A stretch of 64,000 nucleotides of DNA from Eledone cirrhosa (GCA_964016885.1 OZ024742.1:22072001-22136000); one strand, 5' to 3'; positions 36,061-50,450 are shown, counted from the first letter of the stretch. The notes: generated from the sequence alone by a model not told the origin. Program-made: numbers and translations.

Positions 36061-38611
36061 TCATCATCAACGTTTAACGTCCGTGTTCCACGTTTGCATG
36101 AGTTTGGACGGGGGTTTTCCCACTTGAGGCAAGATTGGTTGTCTGGCAGGTTTTCTACAGCTGGATGCCCTTCCTAACACCAACCACATTTACAGTGTGG
36201 GTCTGGGAGGTTTTTACCATGTTGCCTACACGGCCACATTACAGCGTGGACTGTGTGTTTTTTTGTCGTGACACCTACACGATCTCAATTTGTTTCGGCC
36301 CGGATGGTGTGGCACCAACATAACTTTACATAGAAGGGGGCGGTGTGGATGGGGTGGGGGTGGTGGGACGGGGGTGTATTTTGATAGAGATGCCTACTGA
36401 CTGTAGTAGGTTTTACTATGTATTTAGGTAACGCGGGTCTTCTCTATTACTGAGTACCGCCAAAGGTCTCGGTCCAGTGACATTGTCTTGGAGAGGTGTA
36501 AGTGTGTGAGGTCGGAGTTTATCAGCTCGTCCCAGGTTTTTCTAGGTCTGCCTATTCCCTGGCTACCGTCTATCTTTATTGCCCTGCACTTTGTTATAGA
36601 GCTATCGGCTTTCATGCGCATCACGTGTCCATACCAACGTAGCCTTCTCTCGATATATATATCATCATCATCATCATCGTTTAACGTCCATGTTCCACGC
36701 TTGCATGGGTTTGGACGGGAGTTTTCCCACTTGAGGCATACCAACGTAGCCTTCTCTCGAGTAAACAACATCTGATCCCTCTTATTTCTAATTTTTTTCC
36801 TTAGTTCGTTTATGCTTTGCCGTTCACGTATATTACTATTACACATCCAGCGGAGCATGCAAGCTTCGTTCCTCTCTAGTCTGCGTATATCCTCTGCACA
36901 CAATGCCCAGGTCTCACTGCCATGCAACATTGCTGTTCGTATGCAGGCATCATACAACCTGCCTTTCATTTTTAGAAGAGAACCCTTTAGTGGCTAATAG
37001 TGGTATAAGCTCCTGAACTTTTTCCATCCAGTTCTGACTCTAGCTACTGTACTTTCAGAGCACCCTCCCCCACTACTAATTTTGTCACCCAGGTAACGGA
37101 AGCTGTCCACTATTTCTATAGAACCCTCTGTGCAATTGAAAGAGCTAGTATTTTGTGGGCACTTGCTGCTACTTATTGCACCAGAGCACCGGCCACATGT
37201 AAAATCTATGTTATTAGTTAGCTTACCTATGATCCCACTACATCTTTTAAGCACCCATACTTTGCATTTGGGACATAAAATGGAGTTTCTACCTATGCCT
37301 TTCCTATACACTGAGCATGGCCACTTCCCGGAAGGGACCGCCGCCTTATTTTCTTTCTTGCAAACTAGAACTTTAGTCTTAGCCAGGTTAATTTTAAGGC
37401 CTTTTGATTCTAGGCCGTGCTTCCATGTTTGGAATTTCTTCTCTAGCTTGGCCATTGATTCAGCTATGAGCGTTAGATCATCTGCGTATAGGAGTTCCCA
37501 TGGGCAGCCGGTCTTGAACTCCTCTGTTATAGCCTGAAGGGCAATAATAAATAGTAGGGGGCTAAGAACAGAGCCCTAATGAACACCAACTTTTACGCTA
37601 AACTCTTCACTATATTCGTTGTTAATTCTAACCTTGCTGACTGTTTCTTTATACATGGCTTGTATAGCTCTCACAAGCCATTCGTCAACACTTAGTTTTC
37701 TAAGAGCCCACCAGATAATGGAACGGGGGACTCTGTCGAAGGCTTTCTCGAAGTCAACAAAAGCTAAGTATAGGGGTTTACTTTTAGCTAGGTACTTCTC
37801 CTGTAGTTGTCGTACAATGAAAAGAGCGTATGTGGTACTTTTGCCTGACACAAACCCGAACTGCATTTCATCTAGATCGATTCTCTCTCTGATTAGTTGC
37901 GCTATTACTTTTTCGGTGACCTTCATGACCTGGTCGATTAATTTAATGCCTCTATAGTTACTCCTATCTAGGGCATCTCCTTTACCCTTGTAACAGTTAA
38001 TGATGATGCTGCTACGCCACTCCTTCGGAACAACCCCATTCTGTATGACTTGGTTTACTATCCGGGTGACCATGGTGTGTCCCACCATTCCAGAGGCTTT
38101 CAGCATCTCAGCAACTATTTCCGAAGGCCCAGCCGCCTTACCCATCTTCATATCTTTGATTGCCTTACTTATTATACTACCTTCGACTAACACTGCCGGT
38201 CCCTCTATTGGGTCGATGTGGGGGAGACTGTCTTTCTCCCATTTATTCTCCTCATTTAGAAGCCTTTCGTAGTGACACTTCCAAGCTACCTTCTTATCAG
38301 CGTCAGTGATGGCAAGTACGCCATCATCATTAAGTACACACTTCTCCCCGACAATATCACGCTTTTCCTTGACACATTGCCTAGCAATCCTGAACACCTC
38401 ACGTTTTTGGTCCTCACGTTGTAGAACATGCTTGAACTTTCTTTCCTCTGCTTCCCTTCTTGCGAAGTACACTTGTCTCCTAGCTTCCCTCCTGGCCACT
38501 TGATAGTCTTCTCTACTTCCCCCATCCCGCCATACTTTCCAAGCCTGCTTTTTGGTCTTAATTGACTCCTCCACCTTACTGTTCCACCACCATGTTACTC
38601 TCCTCCTACCT
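36061..38611 (-). mobile_element. 5'-truncated RTE LINE, copy 5, with stops/frameshifts and a nested self-insertion
   Basis: ORFs 37576..38574, 36994..37455, 36424..36969. Confidence 0.95.
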
Positions 38612-38620
38612 TAAAAAAAT

Positions 38621-38667
<47 letters not shown>

Positions 38668-38678
38668 TATAAATATAT

Positions 38679-38737
<59 letters not shown>

Positions 38738-38839
38738 AATATATATATATATATGGAAAGTTATATTTAAATTGTAGGGTTACAACTAGTAAATATTTAT
38801 AACTGATATAAAAGCACTCAACAAGTATTTGGAGTATAT

Positions 38840-39212
38840 TTACGATATTAAATAAATGGAAACTATATTTATAAAACCATATCTATTTCATTATATATAT
38901 TTCAGGGATATCATATTAACAATATGTTATGCCTTCTTCAGACAAAATACAATATAGACAGTTTTATAGATAAATAGATTTGACATACCGTTCAACATCG
39001 ACTTGTATTTGAAAAAGTTGATTTGGCAGATTTGACATACCGTTCAAATACAAGTCGATGTTGAACGGTATGTCAAATCTATTTATCTATAAAACTGTCT
39101 ATATTGTATTTTGTCTGAAGAAGGCATAACATATTGTTAATATGATATCCCTGAAATATATATAATTAAATAGATATGGTTTTATAAATATAGTTTCCAT
39201 TTATTTAACATC

Positions 39213-39215
<3 letters not shown>
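38840..39215. mobile_element. Fold-back element carrying two opposed CTGAAGA hammerheads (about 38885-38950 minus, 39108-39170 plus)
   Basis: CTGAAGA-aggcataacatattg..atatccct-GAAA-tatata-TA present on both arms; stem I partly decayed. Confidence 0.7.
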
Positions 39216-39277
<62 letters not shown>

Positions 39278-39327
39278 TATATATAATCAATAACAAAGAA
39301 CGCCTATAGCATATGCATATCTTTACT

Positions 39328-39373
39328 TGCTAACATTGTTTCATCCGCACTATAAGTGGGACTCATCAGAGCA
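39328..39373 (-). ncRNA. Minimal type I hammerhead ribozyme
   Basis: tgct-CTGATGA-gtcccac ttata gtgcggat-GAAAC-aat-GTT-agca. Confidence 0.75.
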
Positions 39374-40429
39374 TAAAGGTTAATTACATACCACACAAGC
39401 AATAACAAATCCAAGACATTGAAGAAATAAAGAATGAAAAATAATAAAAGATAAAAGATATTGAGGAAGTAAAGATAAAAATAAAAATAAAAATAAACAT
39501 TGAAAAATAAACAATGAAAAATAATTGAAAAATAAGGGGTGCTATCAGTCACAGTTGGGCGGGGTGCTGTCAACATATAGTTACATACAAGCATACACAT
39601 GGATAAGAGAACAGACAAGAATAGATAAGATAGATAGGATTAGGTAAGAGTAGATAAAAAATAGGTGAAAAATAGGTAAAAAATAGACTTATAATATATA
39701 TAAGAAAATATAAAAAAACATACATATAGAATATAAAATATACAGATAATAGTGATACAGGGTAAGGAATGAAATAAAATAGAATAAAATAATATAAAAT
39801 TAAAATTAAAATTATATAAAATAGAATATAATATAATATAATAATAAAATAAGATAAAATAAAATAAAATAAAATAAACTAAAATAAAATAAAATAAAAT
39901 AAAATAATATAATATAAGATATAATTAAATAAATAAAATTAAATAAATAAAATAAAATAAAATGAAATGAAATAAAATCAAATAAAATAAAATAAAGTAA
40001 ATTGAGATAAGATATATATTTTTTTAGAATATATTTCTTGAATATATCAGGGGCCCACGAAGGCACTAAGTGTCACAGTTATCAGTATCACTTGACCATT
40101 GCAATGCAATGGAGACGTCCCAGGTTGGGCAGTCTCAAAAGTTCACTCGAAAGTCACGGGTGTGCATTCACACAGTTGAGCGGTGGGGTAATCACAAACC
40201 GGTTCACACCCGGGCAGGAGTCCAATGGTCAACAGAGGTACATCGAAGGAAGGTAGGAGAATTCACGTGCAGCAGCAAGCAGGTGCTGTTAGTGTAAGTG
40301 TTCCAGAATGTGCTGGGGTAAGTGTTCCAGAATGCTCTTTGAGCACTGACCCTGGCAATTTCAAGGGAGTAAAGTGGGCCGGGAGAATAAAAAGATTGAG
40401 AAGCACTAGTATATATATCATGTGGGAGT

Positions 40430-40541
40430 TATAGTCCGGAATAGTTTTTGAGAAATAGTTTACGCTTGTAAAATAAGTGGGCCCTGGACATTTTTCGGGA
40501 GCTAAAAGTGAGCCCGGGGTTCAAAAAGGTTGAGAAACACT
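40430..40541 (-). mobile_element. hAT (Charlie-like) terminal fragment
   Basis: Minus strand begins CAGTGTTTCTCAACC. Confidence 0.5.
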
Positions 40542-41114
40542 GGTATAGAGGTACATACCTGGCAGTCAGACAGACAGATAAACAGATAGACAGGCAAAGC
40601 ATGTTAGGTGGGGGAGAAGAGAAATGTGTTTCTTTAGGATAGGGAAAATATGTTTGTGACAAGAATGAGATATCTGTTGGTTGTATAGAATAGAATGGGG
40701 AAAGTACAGTGACATAGAATTTACTACACATTCCAGTGATGTCAACAATAAACTCTCCACCACCACTAGCACTACCTGTCCATCGACTACAACACCACCT
40801 CCACCATCATCACAATGAACACAATTAGCACAGTTAATTAAGACTTAGTAAAACATTACAAATGAATCATCATCATCATGATTATCATCATGAATAGTAA
40901 CACCTTTAAAGATCTATTGTGTCCAGCATACTAACCAGATATTCCAACTATCTGACTATCAGAGTTTAACAATAAGCTACAACAGAAACAATGACTACAA
41001 CAATAACAACAACAATAGCAAATTTCTAAAATATTAAAGCTTGGTATAAAAGCAATTTAGTTCCAGATTAGAAATCATTTATACACAAACATATCTCTGT
41101 GTGTGTATATATAC

Positions 41115-41663
41115 ATCATCATCATCATCGTTTAACGTCCATCTTCCACGCTTGCATGGGTTTGGACAGGAGTTTTCCCACTTGAGGCAAGATTTGTTGT
41201 CCTGCTCGTATAGGACTGTCTGGCGGGTTTTCTACGGCTGGATGCCCTTCCTAACACCAACCATGTTTACAATGTGGACTGGGAAGTTTTTACCGTGTTA
41301 CCTACACGGCCACATTAGAGCGTGGACTGTGTGTTTTTTTGTCATGACACCTACACAACCTCATTTGTTTCGGACTGGATGTTGTGGTACCAACATAACT
41401 TCACATTTAAGAGGGTAGTGTGGATGGGGTGGGAGTAGTGGGGCCGGGGTGTATTTTTGTTAGAGGTGCCTACTGACTGTAGGTTTCGCTTTGTACTTAG
41501 GGAAGGCGGGTCTTCTGTATGACTGTGTAGCACCAAAGATCTTGGTCCAGTGACATTGTCTTGGAGAGGTGTAAGTGTGTGAGGTCGGAATTTATCAAGT
41601 CGTCCCAGGTTTTTCTGGGTCTGCCTACTCCGTGGCTACCGTCTATTTTTATTGCCCTGCACT
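41115..41663 (-). mobile_element. RTE LINE 3' fragment, copy 6
   Basis: Matches the 3' ORF end and UTR of copy 1. Confidence 0.9.
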
Positions 41664-41713
41664 TATATATATATATATATATATTATTAACTATATATAT
41701 ATATATATATGTG

Positions 41714-41763
<50 letters not shown>

Positions 41764-42187
41764 ATAAAAGAAACAAACAAAACACAGGATGCAATTTTAC
41801 AGTTATATTAGGTTCACACTTGGGGGAAGAGGAGGAGGTTTCAACGTTTCGGACAGAAGCCCTTCTTCAGGTAAGTTTGGATAAGGAGAGAACAGATATA
41901 CGTAAGAGTAGTGTGAGAATTATAAGTCCTGGGTTCAATCGGGGGTATCCATAACCACAGTTAGTAAGGTACTCTATGCGCACACATTCATATACAGTGG
42001 TTACTCCTAATTGAACCCGGGACTCAATCAGGAGAAACGACTGTTAGTAAGGTACTCAATACATTAGTAGAGTGTAAACATCAAGTTTAATATAGAAATC
42101 GCTTTTACAGGACTAGAACTGTTTCATTCAAAAGAAATCATTGAAGCTGTTCTAGTCCTGTAGAAGCCAATTCTATATATATATATA

Positions 42188-43107
42188 CTAGCATTAAAGC
42201 CCGGCATTGCTCGGGGTCAGTAAGTTAACAAAGTTAGGTTGCACCACCCATTTTATGGCAGCACTTTTTTGTCTGCCAGGCACTGGGTGAATGAATTGCA
42301 GACCTGGACTGGCGAAGCAGGAGCTGTGCCAGCAGTGACAATTGTAGTTTCGCCTATGGATATTATCTCTGTGTAAAGAAGTGTTGAAATTTATTGTTTC
42401 ACAGTACATGCGTAAACGATGCTAGCCGAACAACAGAGCTGCGATGGAGTTGTTCTGCATGGTTGTCTAATGTGTTTTCTAATTTTAAGACAGTAGGGAG
42501 AGGTGTGATATGGGGGGAGAGTTAGCTGCTGTTTCTAGCAGATTTAGTGACCTCATAGAGGATATTATTGTGTATAGTAAATAAACTGATACTTCTTTCT
42601 TCCACGTTCATTGAGAGATGTTTTTAAAAAGATTTATCGCTATTTTTTTGTTGTTGAATAAATTTATCTGTTACTTTTGAATAATTGTTGTCATTGAAGT
42701 AAATAAATGTTTGACCGTTCCACACTCAAAAACAAACGTTCTCTCTCTCTCTCTCCCTCTCTTCTCTCTCTCCATTTCTTTCTCTCTTCTTTCTTCCGAG
42801 TTCCTAAGGAGTGGTTTAAGCGTATATGAGAAAGTTGCAGCATGTATGTAGTTTTATCGAATTTTAAGGGGAGTAGAGAGAGGTATCAGATTGTATTAGA
42901 GGGGATAAAGCGTCATGTATTTAGTGTTATCGATTATTTCCGTAACTGTGGGTGAGTTGAAAACATTAAATAGTCGGTGACCTAAGTTAGACCATTTACA
43001 ACATTCATACAGACTTTGAGTCGAATCGGTTTGTAATTGTGCAAATGTATAAACATGGAACATGCATACACACACAACAACAACAATCTGCCTTTTATAG
43101 ATAATGA
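42188..43107 (-). mobile_element. Non-autonomous Helitron
   Basis: Minus-strand 5' TCATTATCTATAAAAGG; 3' hairpin cccggcattgctcggg then CTAG; sits between TA tracts. Confidence 0.7.
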
Positions 43108-43181
43108 TATATATATATATATATATATATACATACATACAATATATTAATAAATGGAAACTATATTTATAAAACCATATT

Positions 43182-43247
43182 TATTTTATTATATATATTT
43201 CAAGGGCAACCAAGGTAAATTATGGTGCGCTTTCATCAGATAAAATA
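43182..43247 (-). ncRNA. Minimal type I hammerhead ribozyme inside a fold-back element (43140-43480)
   Basis: tattttat-CTGATGA-aagcgcacca..tggttgccctt-GAAA-tatata-TA-ataaaata; 8-bp stem I. Confidence 0.8.
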
Positions 43248-43647
43248 CAGATTTGTTTTATAAATAAATATTGACATACCCAGAAAAAAGACAACCTCAA
43301 CGGTTGAAATTTGCTGGATCCACCAAATTTAAACCGTTGAGGTCGCCCTTGAAATATATATAATAAAATAAATATGGTTTTATAAATATAGTTTCCATTT
43401 ATTAATATATTGTGTATTTACTCCACTAACCGGTTGAGTGCTTTATATCAGTTATAAAAACTTTTTAAGCTTGTTGAATCCCAACATATTAAATATAACC
43501 TCTGCATATATATATAGTTTAATGGTTTGTAACTTTACGTTACTATTGGTTCACCAGCTTGAGCACTCGATGCATACATGGATCTGGTTTAGTATTGAAC
43601 ATTTGGTGTTATCACATGACTGGTCTCCTTCATTAGTAGAGTGTTAA

Positions 43648-43862
43648 TAATGATTTCTACTATAGGCACAAGGCCAGTGATTCAGGGGAAGGGGAAAGTC
43701 AATTACATCGACCCCAGTACATGACTGGTGCTTTATTTTATCAACCCCGTAGGGATGAAAGGCCTAAGCTAACCTCGGCTAGATTTGAACTCAGAACATA
43801 AAGGGCCATAACGCTATGCTGTAAAGCATGGTGTCTGAGGCTCTACTGATACTGCTAATCCA
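43648..43862 (-). mobile_element. Nin-like tRNA SINE
   Basis: Reverse complement of the 24575 family. Confidence 0.75.
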
Positions 43863-44061
43863 CTGCAAGGAATGAGGTGTCAAAGTATCATCATTATATT
43901 TATTCACATGTGATGCACATATGATTAATCAGCTCAAAGTACAATCAATATTGATCGTGCCTGACTCTGGACTCAATAGCTCATTAGACTCATGAGTTCC
44001 TTAAGGAAACCACGAGTCTGATGAGCTATGAGATAAATATAATGGCACTTCATTCCTACTC

Positions 44062-44103
<42 letters not shown>

Positions 44104-44106
<3 letters not shown>

Positions 44107-44462
44107 CTTCTGGCGTCACGCAGTAATACAGGGTACCCGACCTCCCATGGGTACATGCTGAAGCATATAAACAATATGCCCCCCCCCCCCCACCGCAAGG
44201 TGGTCGTGGAGGTGCCACGGCAAAAAAGCACCCAGCCCACACTGTAAAGTGGACGTGTAGGCGCCACGAAAAAGCACCCAGCACTCACTGTAAATGAGGT
44301 TGGTGTTAGGAAGGGCATCCAGCTGTAGAAATCAAGCCAGATCAGTTCCTGTATGAGCAAGGCATGGTCAGCCGACCAGACACTGCCCACAACAGGACAA
44401 CCCGTCTAACCCATGCTAGCGTGGAAGAACGGACGTAAAACGGTGATGATGATGATGATGAT
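44104..44462 (+). mobile_element. RTE family B 3' fragment
   Basis: Matches 10165-10500; (ATG)n tail. Confidence 0.85.
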
Positions 44463-44560
44463 AATGTAAAAGTAATAACAAAAGGTTAAAAAATTACAAA
44501 ACAAACAACACAGTACATGGAAGAAATATACTAGTTTAACACTTGAAATAGCAGGAAGAA

Positions 44561-44599
44561 ATTCTTAACGTTTCGGACACTAGTCCTTCTTCAGAAAAT
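44561..44599 (-). ncRNA. Minimal hammerhead motif, short stem II family
   Basis: tttt-CTGAAGA-aggac tagt gtcc-GAAACGTTA-agaa. Confidence 0.65.
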
Positions 44600-46077
44600 A
44601 GTTAAAAGTAGAAGATAAATAGAAAGTAAAGAGTGATTTCAGGAAGGAATGGGAAAAATAAGAAAAAAAAATTGGAGAGAAAAAACATACATGTGTATTA
44701 AGTTGGCCATCTTGGAGAAATATATATATTGTATAAATAATTTGTACAGAGCCAAAGTGTATTATATAAATTACTTCTCCTTTTTTATGATAATGATATA
44801 TATATATGAGTCTTTTTTTAGATAGGTTAAATAGAACAGACTTACCTAAACAGCAAAGCAATCATAAGGACAGCTTATTTTACCTGTCATGTTCAGAGGG
44901 TTGGAAATAATTCTGATTAGGTTGAAAGACAGCTCACTTTACAGCAATAGTTAAATATGTGTCACATATTATGATGGAAGAATCAACAAAGCTCAACAGA
45001 AATAGACAATGTTATCACCATACCTACTACCAATATATAAATACATATTTACTATATAAATATATGAGCTCCATTGAAGCATAGCTACTACTTCTATGTC
45101 AAAAATGAATTGAAAAAACAACACAAAATTTAATATTTTACAATCAGTTATATATTTATGTATTTATTTATTAATTGTTATTTATATATCATTATTTGAG
45201 GTTGAAAGATTATTATTATTATTATTAATATTATTATTATTAATATTGTAGTTGTTTTGTTTATTAACACCTGTCTAATCTCATTGTAATTAATATCATA
45301 ATTACAGCTTTGAAATTTAAGGAGGGGGAATTACATTTAGTAAAATCCATTAAGGTAAGTCTCAGTCCCTGATGGTGAGTAATTAGGGAGCTAGCTATAA
45401 AGAGTCAACAGTTACACTCAGCTAAAGGTCATAAGACCCAGATGATTAATTTTCATGTCTAATGTCAACTTTTGATGTATAATTATAACAGGGTTTATGT
45501 AGCTTAGCCACAATATAACAAAATAAAGGAAGCTTCTACATGGTACCTCATGTAACACCATGCTATCTTAACCCTTTTGAAACCAACCCATCTGACACTA
45601 GCCCTAGTTTTATGATATAAAACTACCCATTTTAAAATCCTCATATCTATATTGTTTTCTGATTTTAGGCACAAAGCCAGCAATTTGGAGGGATGGGAAA
45701 GTTGATTAAATTGACTGCAGTCCAATTACTGGTACTTTATTTTATTGCCCCTGTATGTCAAGGAGATGACAGTCTCCTTAGTGTAGGTGATCAACACAAC
45801 AAACACATCCAGTGCACACTGTAAAGTGCTTGGTGAAATGAAGGGCATCCAACCATAGAAATCGTGCCAATCTAAGGGTTGGGAGGACCCTCGATTGTGT
45901 CAAAGACATGACAACCACTTCTGTGCACCAGGTAAAACAATGAGGTTGTATATACGCGAGATGCAGATCCCTGGCCTGCCTGGGTGATCAGTAGTCCCGC
46001 CTCAGTACTGACTTAGCCAATATAGACCCCCCACCTAAGCAGGGAAAGTGGATGCTCAAACGACAATGATGATGATA

Positions 46078-46435
46078 TATATCTCACCATATTGTCAAGT
46101 GTGAGTGTGAATTGTAAGTGACAGCAATGTAACAAGACTATATCTCACTCTATTGTTGAGTGTGACATGTAAAATTATATCTCACTCTAATGTGGAGTGC
46201 GAGATGTTAGTGACAGCAACATAACAAGTCTATATCTCACTCTAATGTGGAGTGTGAGTGTGACATGTTAGTGACAGCAACATAACAAGTCTATATCTCA
46301 CTCTAATGTGGAGTGTGAGTGTGACATGTTAGTGACAGCAACATAACAAGTCTATATCTCACTCTAATGTGGAGTGTGAGTGTGACATGTTAGTGACAGC
46401 AACATAACAAGACTATATCTCACTCTAATGTGGAG
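46078..46435. repeat. 61-bp minisatellite, about 6 copies
   Basis: tatatctcactctaatgtggagtgtgagtgtgacatgttagtgacagcaacataacaagtc. Confidence 0.9.
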
Positions 46436-47134
46436 ATTGTATATTAATAGAGTTTGAAATGAGGTGTTAAAAAAGAAATGTCCATATTTACAGAGAGTAA
46501 TTTATCAGATTGAGGTGATAATGATGTGATGGTGGTGGTGGGGATGATGGTGGTGGTGGTGGGGATGACAGACTTTGGTATGGTGGTGATAGTGGTGGTG
46601 GGGATGACAGACTGGTATGGTGGTGGTGGTGATGACAGATTGTTATGATGATGTGATGATGGTGATGGTGGTCATGATGATATTGATATTTGGTGGTAGT
46701 CATGATGATGATGATGGCGGTGGCCATGATGATAATAGTGATGATGATGATGATGGCGGTAATGGCAGTGGCCATGATGATAATAGTGATGATGATGGTG
46801 GCCATGATGATAATGATGATAAAAAGGAGGAGGACAGGGAGGAGATAATGAAGATGACATATGTATATGGTGTATATTATATTTATCAGGCCAGTCTGAG
46901 AATGGTGCCAGAGTATTAATGATTGAATGATCAGATTATATTTTGGCTGAGAAATTATATTCAGAATTACAAGAGAATATCTGCTTTATTTGTTTTTATT
47001 TGTGTGTTTGTTTACTGCAATTTTTTGTTTACTTTCTTTCACTTTATTTTGAGGTGGTTTTTTTCTTTGGCTGTTTAGTCAGAAACAAAAGAGTAATGGC
47101 TTTGTCCCTTAAAAGGGTCTACAAGAATGGAGGA

Positions 47135-47408
47135 GGTGAGAGAGAGAGAGAGTGGGTGGGTGAAAGACAGCAGAGACTGGAGAGAGAGAGAGGGTGAGTG
47201 AAAGACTGGAGAGAGAGAGAGTGGGTGGGTGAAAGACAGCAGAGACTGAAGAGAGAGAGAGAGAGTGGGTGGGTGAAAGACAGCAGAGACTGAAGAGAGA
47301 GAGAGAGTGGGTTGGTGAAAGACTAGAGAGAGAGAGAGAGAGAGAGTGGGTGAAAGACAGCAGAGACTGGAGAGAGAGAGAGAGAGAGAGTGGGTGGGTG
47401 AAAGACTG

Positions 47409-47439
<31 letters not shown>

Positions 47440-47620
47440 TGAAAGACTGGAGAGAGAGAGAGAGAGAGAGTGGGTAGGTGAAAGACAGCAGAGACTGAAG
47501 AGAGAGAGAGAGTGAAAGACAGCAGAGACTGGAGAGAGAGAGAGAGTGAGTGAAAGACAGCAGAGACTGGAGAGAGAGAGGGGGGAGGGTGAAAGACAGC
47601 TGAGACTGAAGAGAGAGGAA
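47135..47620. repeat. Compound (GA)n minisatellite
   Basis: gtgggtgaaagacagcagagactg(ga)n units. Confidence 0.9.
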
Positions 47621-47692
47621 AACATTTCACATTCCTTTGAATCCCTTCAATGGCATCAGTCCACTTCCAGGCCTTCTTTTCTGGATTGTGTG

Positions 47693-50450
47693 GAGTGTGT
47701 TGATAAAGTTGTGTTGTCTATGTAGAGTGTGTTGGTAAAGTTGTGTTGTCTATGTAGAGTGTGTTGGTAAAGTTGTGTTGTCTATGTAGAGTGTGTTGGT
47801 AACGTTGTGTTGTCTATGTAGAGGGTGTTGGTAAAGTTGTGTTGTCTATGTAGAGTGTGTTGATAAAGTTGTGTTGTCTATGTAGAGTGTGTTGATAAAG
47901 TTGTCTTGTCTATGTAGAGTGTGTTGATACAGTTGTCTTGTCTATGTAGAGTGTGTTGATACAGTTGTGTTGTCTATGTAGAGTGTGTTGATAAAGTTGT
48001 CTTGTCTATGTAGAGTGTGTTGGTACAGTTGTCTTGTCTATGTAGAGTGTGTTGATACAGTTGTGTTGTCTATGTAGAGTGTGTTGATAAAGTTGTCTTG
48101 TCTATGTAGAGTGTGTTGATACAGTTGTCTTGTCTATGTAGAGTGTGTTGATACAGTTGTGTTGTCTATGTAGAGTGTGTTGATAAAGTTGTCTTGTCTA
48201 TGTAGAGTGTGTTGATAAAGTTGTCTTGTATATGTAGAGTGTGTTGGTAAAGTTGTGTTGTCTATGTAGAGTGTGTTGGTAAAGTTGTGTTGTCTATGTA
48301 GAGTGTGTTGATAAAGTTGTGTTGTCTATGTAGAGTGTGTTGGTAAAGTTGCGTTGTCTATGTAGAGTGTGTTGGTAAAGTTGTGTTGTCTATGTAGAGT
48401 GCGTTGGTAAAGTTGTGTTGTCTATGTAGAGCGTGTTGGTAAAGTTGTCTTGTCTATGTAGAGTGTGTTGATAAAGTTGTGTTGTCTATGTAGAGTGTGT
48501 TGATAAAGTTGTGTTGTCTATGTAGAGTGTGTTGATAAAGTTGTGTTGTCTATGTAGAGTGTGTTGGTAAAGTTGTGTTGTCTATGTAGAGTGTGTTGGT
48601 AAAGTTGTCTTGTCTATGTAGAGTGTGTTGATAAAGTTGTGTTGTCTATGTAGAGTGTGTTGATAAAGTTGTGTTGTCTATGTAGAGTGTGTTGGTAAAG
48701 TTGTGTTGTCTATGTAGAGTGTGTTGGTAAAGTTGTGTTGTCTATGTAGAGTGTGTTGATACAGTTGTCTTGTCTACGTAGAGTGTTGATAAAGTTGTGT
48801 TGTCTATGTAGAGTGTGTTGGTAAAGTTGTGTTGTCTATGTAGAGTGTGTTGATAAAGTTGTGTTGTCTATGTAGAGTGTGTTGGTAAAGTTGTGTTGTC
48901 TATGTAGAGTGTGTTGATAAAGTTGTGTTGTCTATGTAGAGTGTGTTGATAAAGTTGTGTTGTCTATGTAGAGTGTGTTGATAAAGTTGTGTTGTCTATG
49001 TAGAGTGTGTTGGTAAAATTGTGTTGTCTATGTAGAGTGTGTTGGTAAAGTTGTGTTGTCTATGTAGAGTGTGTTGATAAAGTTGTGTTGTCTATGTAGA
49101 GTGTGTTGATAAAGTTGTGTTGTCTATGTAGAGTGTGTTGGTAAAGTTGTGTTGTCTATGTAGAGTGTGTTGGTAAAGTTGTGTTGTCTATGTAGAGTGT
49201 GTTGGTAAAGTTGTGTTGTCTATGTAGAGTGTGTTGGTACAGTTGTCTTGTCTATGTAGAGTGTGTTGGTAAAGTTGTCTTGTCTATGTAGAGTGTGTTG
49301 GTAAAGTTGTGTTGTCTATGTAGAGTGTGTTGGTACAGTTGTCTTGTCTATGTAGAGTGTGTTGGTAAAGTTGTGTTGTCTATGTAGAGTGTGTTGATAA
49401 AGTTGTGTTGTCTATGTAGAGTGTGTTGATAAAGTTGTGTTGTCTATGTAGAGGGTGTTGGTAAAGTTGTGTTGTCTATGTAGAGTGTGTTGGTAAAGTT
49501 GTGTTGTCTATGTAGAGTGTGTTGGTAAAGTTGGGTTGTCTATGTAGAGTGTGTTGGTAACATTGTGTTGTCTATGTAGAGTGTGTTGGTAACGTTGTGT
49601 TGTCTATGTAGAGTGTGTTGGTAAAGTTGTGTTGTCTATGTAGAGTGTGTTGGTAACGTTGTGTTGTCTATGTAGAGTGCGTTGGTAACATTGTGGTGTC
49701 TATGTAGAGTGTGTTGGTAAAGTTGTGTGTCTATGTAGAGTGTGTTGGTAACGTTGTATTGTCTATGTAGAGTGTGTTGATAAAGTTGTGTTGTCTATGT
49801 AGATTGTGTTGGTAACGTTGTATTGTCTATGTAGAGTGTGTTGGTACAGTTGTGTTGTCTATGTAGAGTGTGTTGGTAAAGTTGTGTTGTCTATGTAGAG
49901 TGTGTTCGTAAAGTTGTCTTATCTATGTAGAGTGTGTTGGTAAAGTTGTGTTGTCTATGTAGAGTGTGTTGGTAAAGTTGTGTTGTCTATGTAGAGTGTG
50001 TTGGTAACGTTGTTTTGTATATGTAGAGTGTGTTGGTAACGTTGTCTTGTATATGTAGAGTGTGTTGGTAAAGTTGTGTTGTCTATGTAGAGTGTGTTGA
50101 TAAAGTTGTGTTGTCTATGTAGAGTGTGTTGGTAAAGTTGTGTTGTCTATGTAGAGTGTGTTGGTAAAGTTGTCTTGTCTATGTAGAGTGTGTTGGTAAA
50201 GTTGTGTTGTCTCTATAGAGTGTGTTGGTAAAGTTGTGTTGTCTATTTAGAATGTGTTGGTAAAGTTGTGTTGTCTTGTCTATGTAGAGTGTGTTGGTAA
50301 AGTTGTGTTGTCTTGTCTATGTAGAGTGTGTTGATAAAGTTGTGTTGTCTATGTAGAGTGTGTTGATAAAGTTGTATTGTCTATGTAGAGTGTGTTGGTA
50401 AAGTTGTGTTGTCTATGTAGAATGTGTTGGAAAGGTTGTGTTGTCTTGTG
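47693..50450. repeat. 32-bp satellite, about 85 copies, decaying into GT-rich sequence to about 51048
   Basis: gtagagtgtgttg(g/a)taaagttgtgttgtctat. Confidence 0.97.

Noticed and set aside
44840-44900. Minus-strand GTAAGT donors (44845, 57748) as 5' UTR exons
   Set aside because: Isolated donor motifs cannot be supported without transcripts
47693-50450. 32-bp repeat array as CRISPR
   Set aside because: Head-to-tail units with no unique spacers, no cas genes, eukaryotic context
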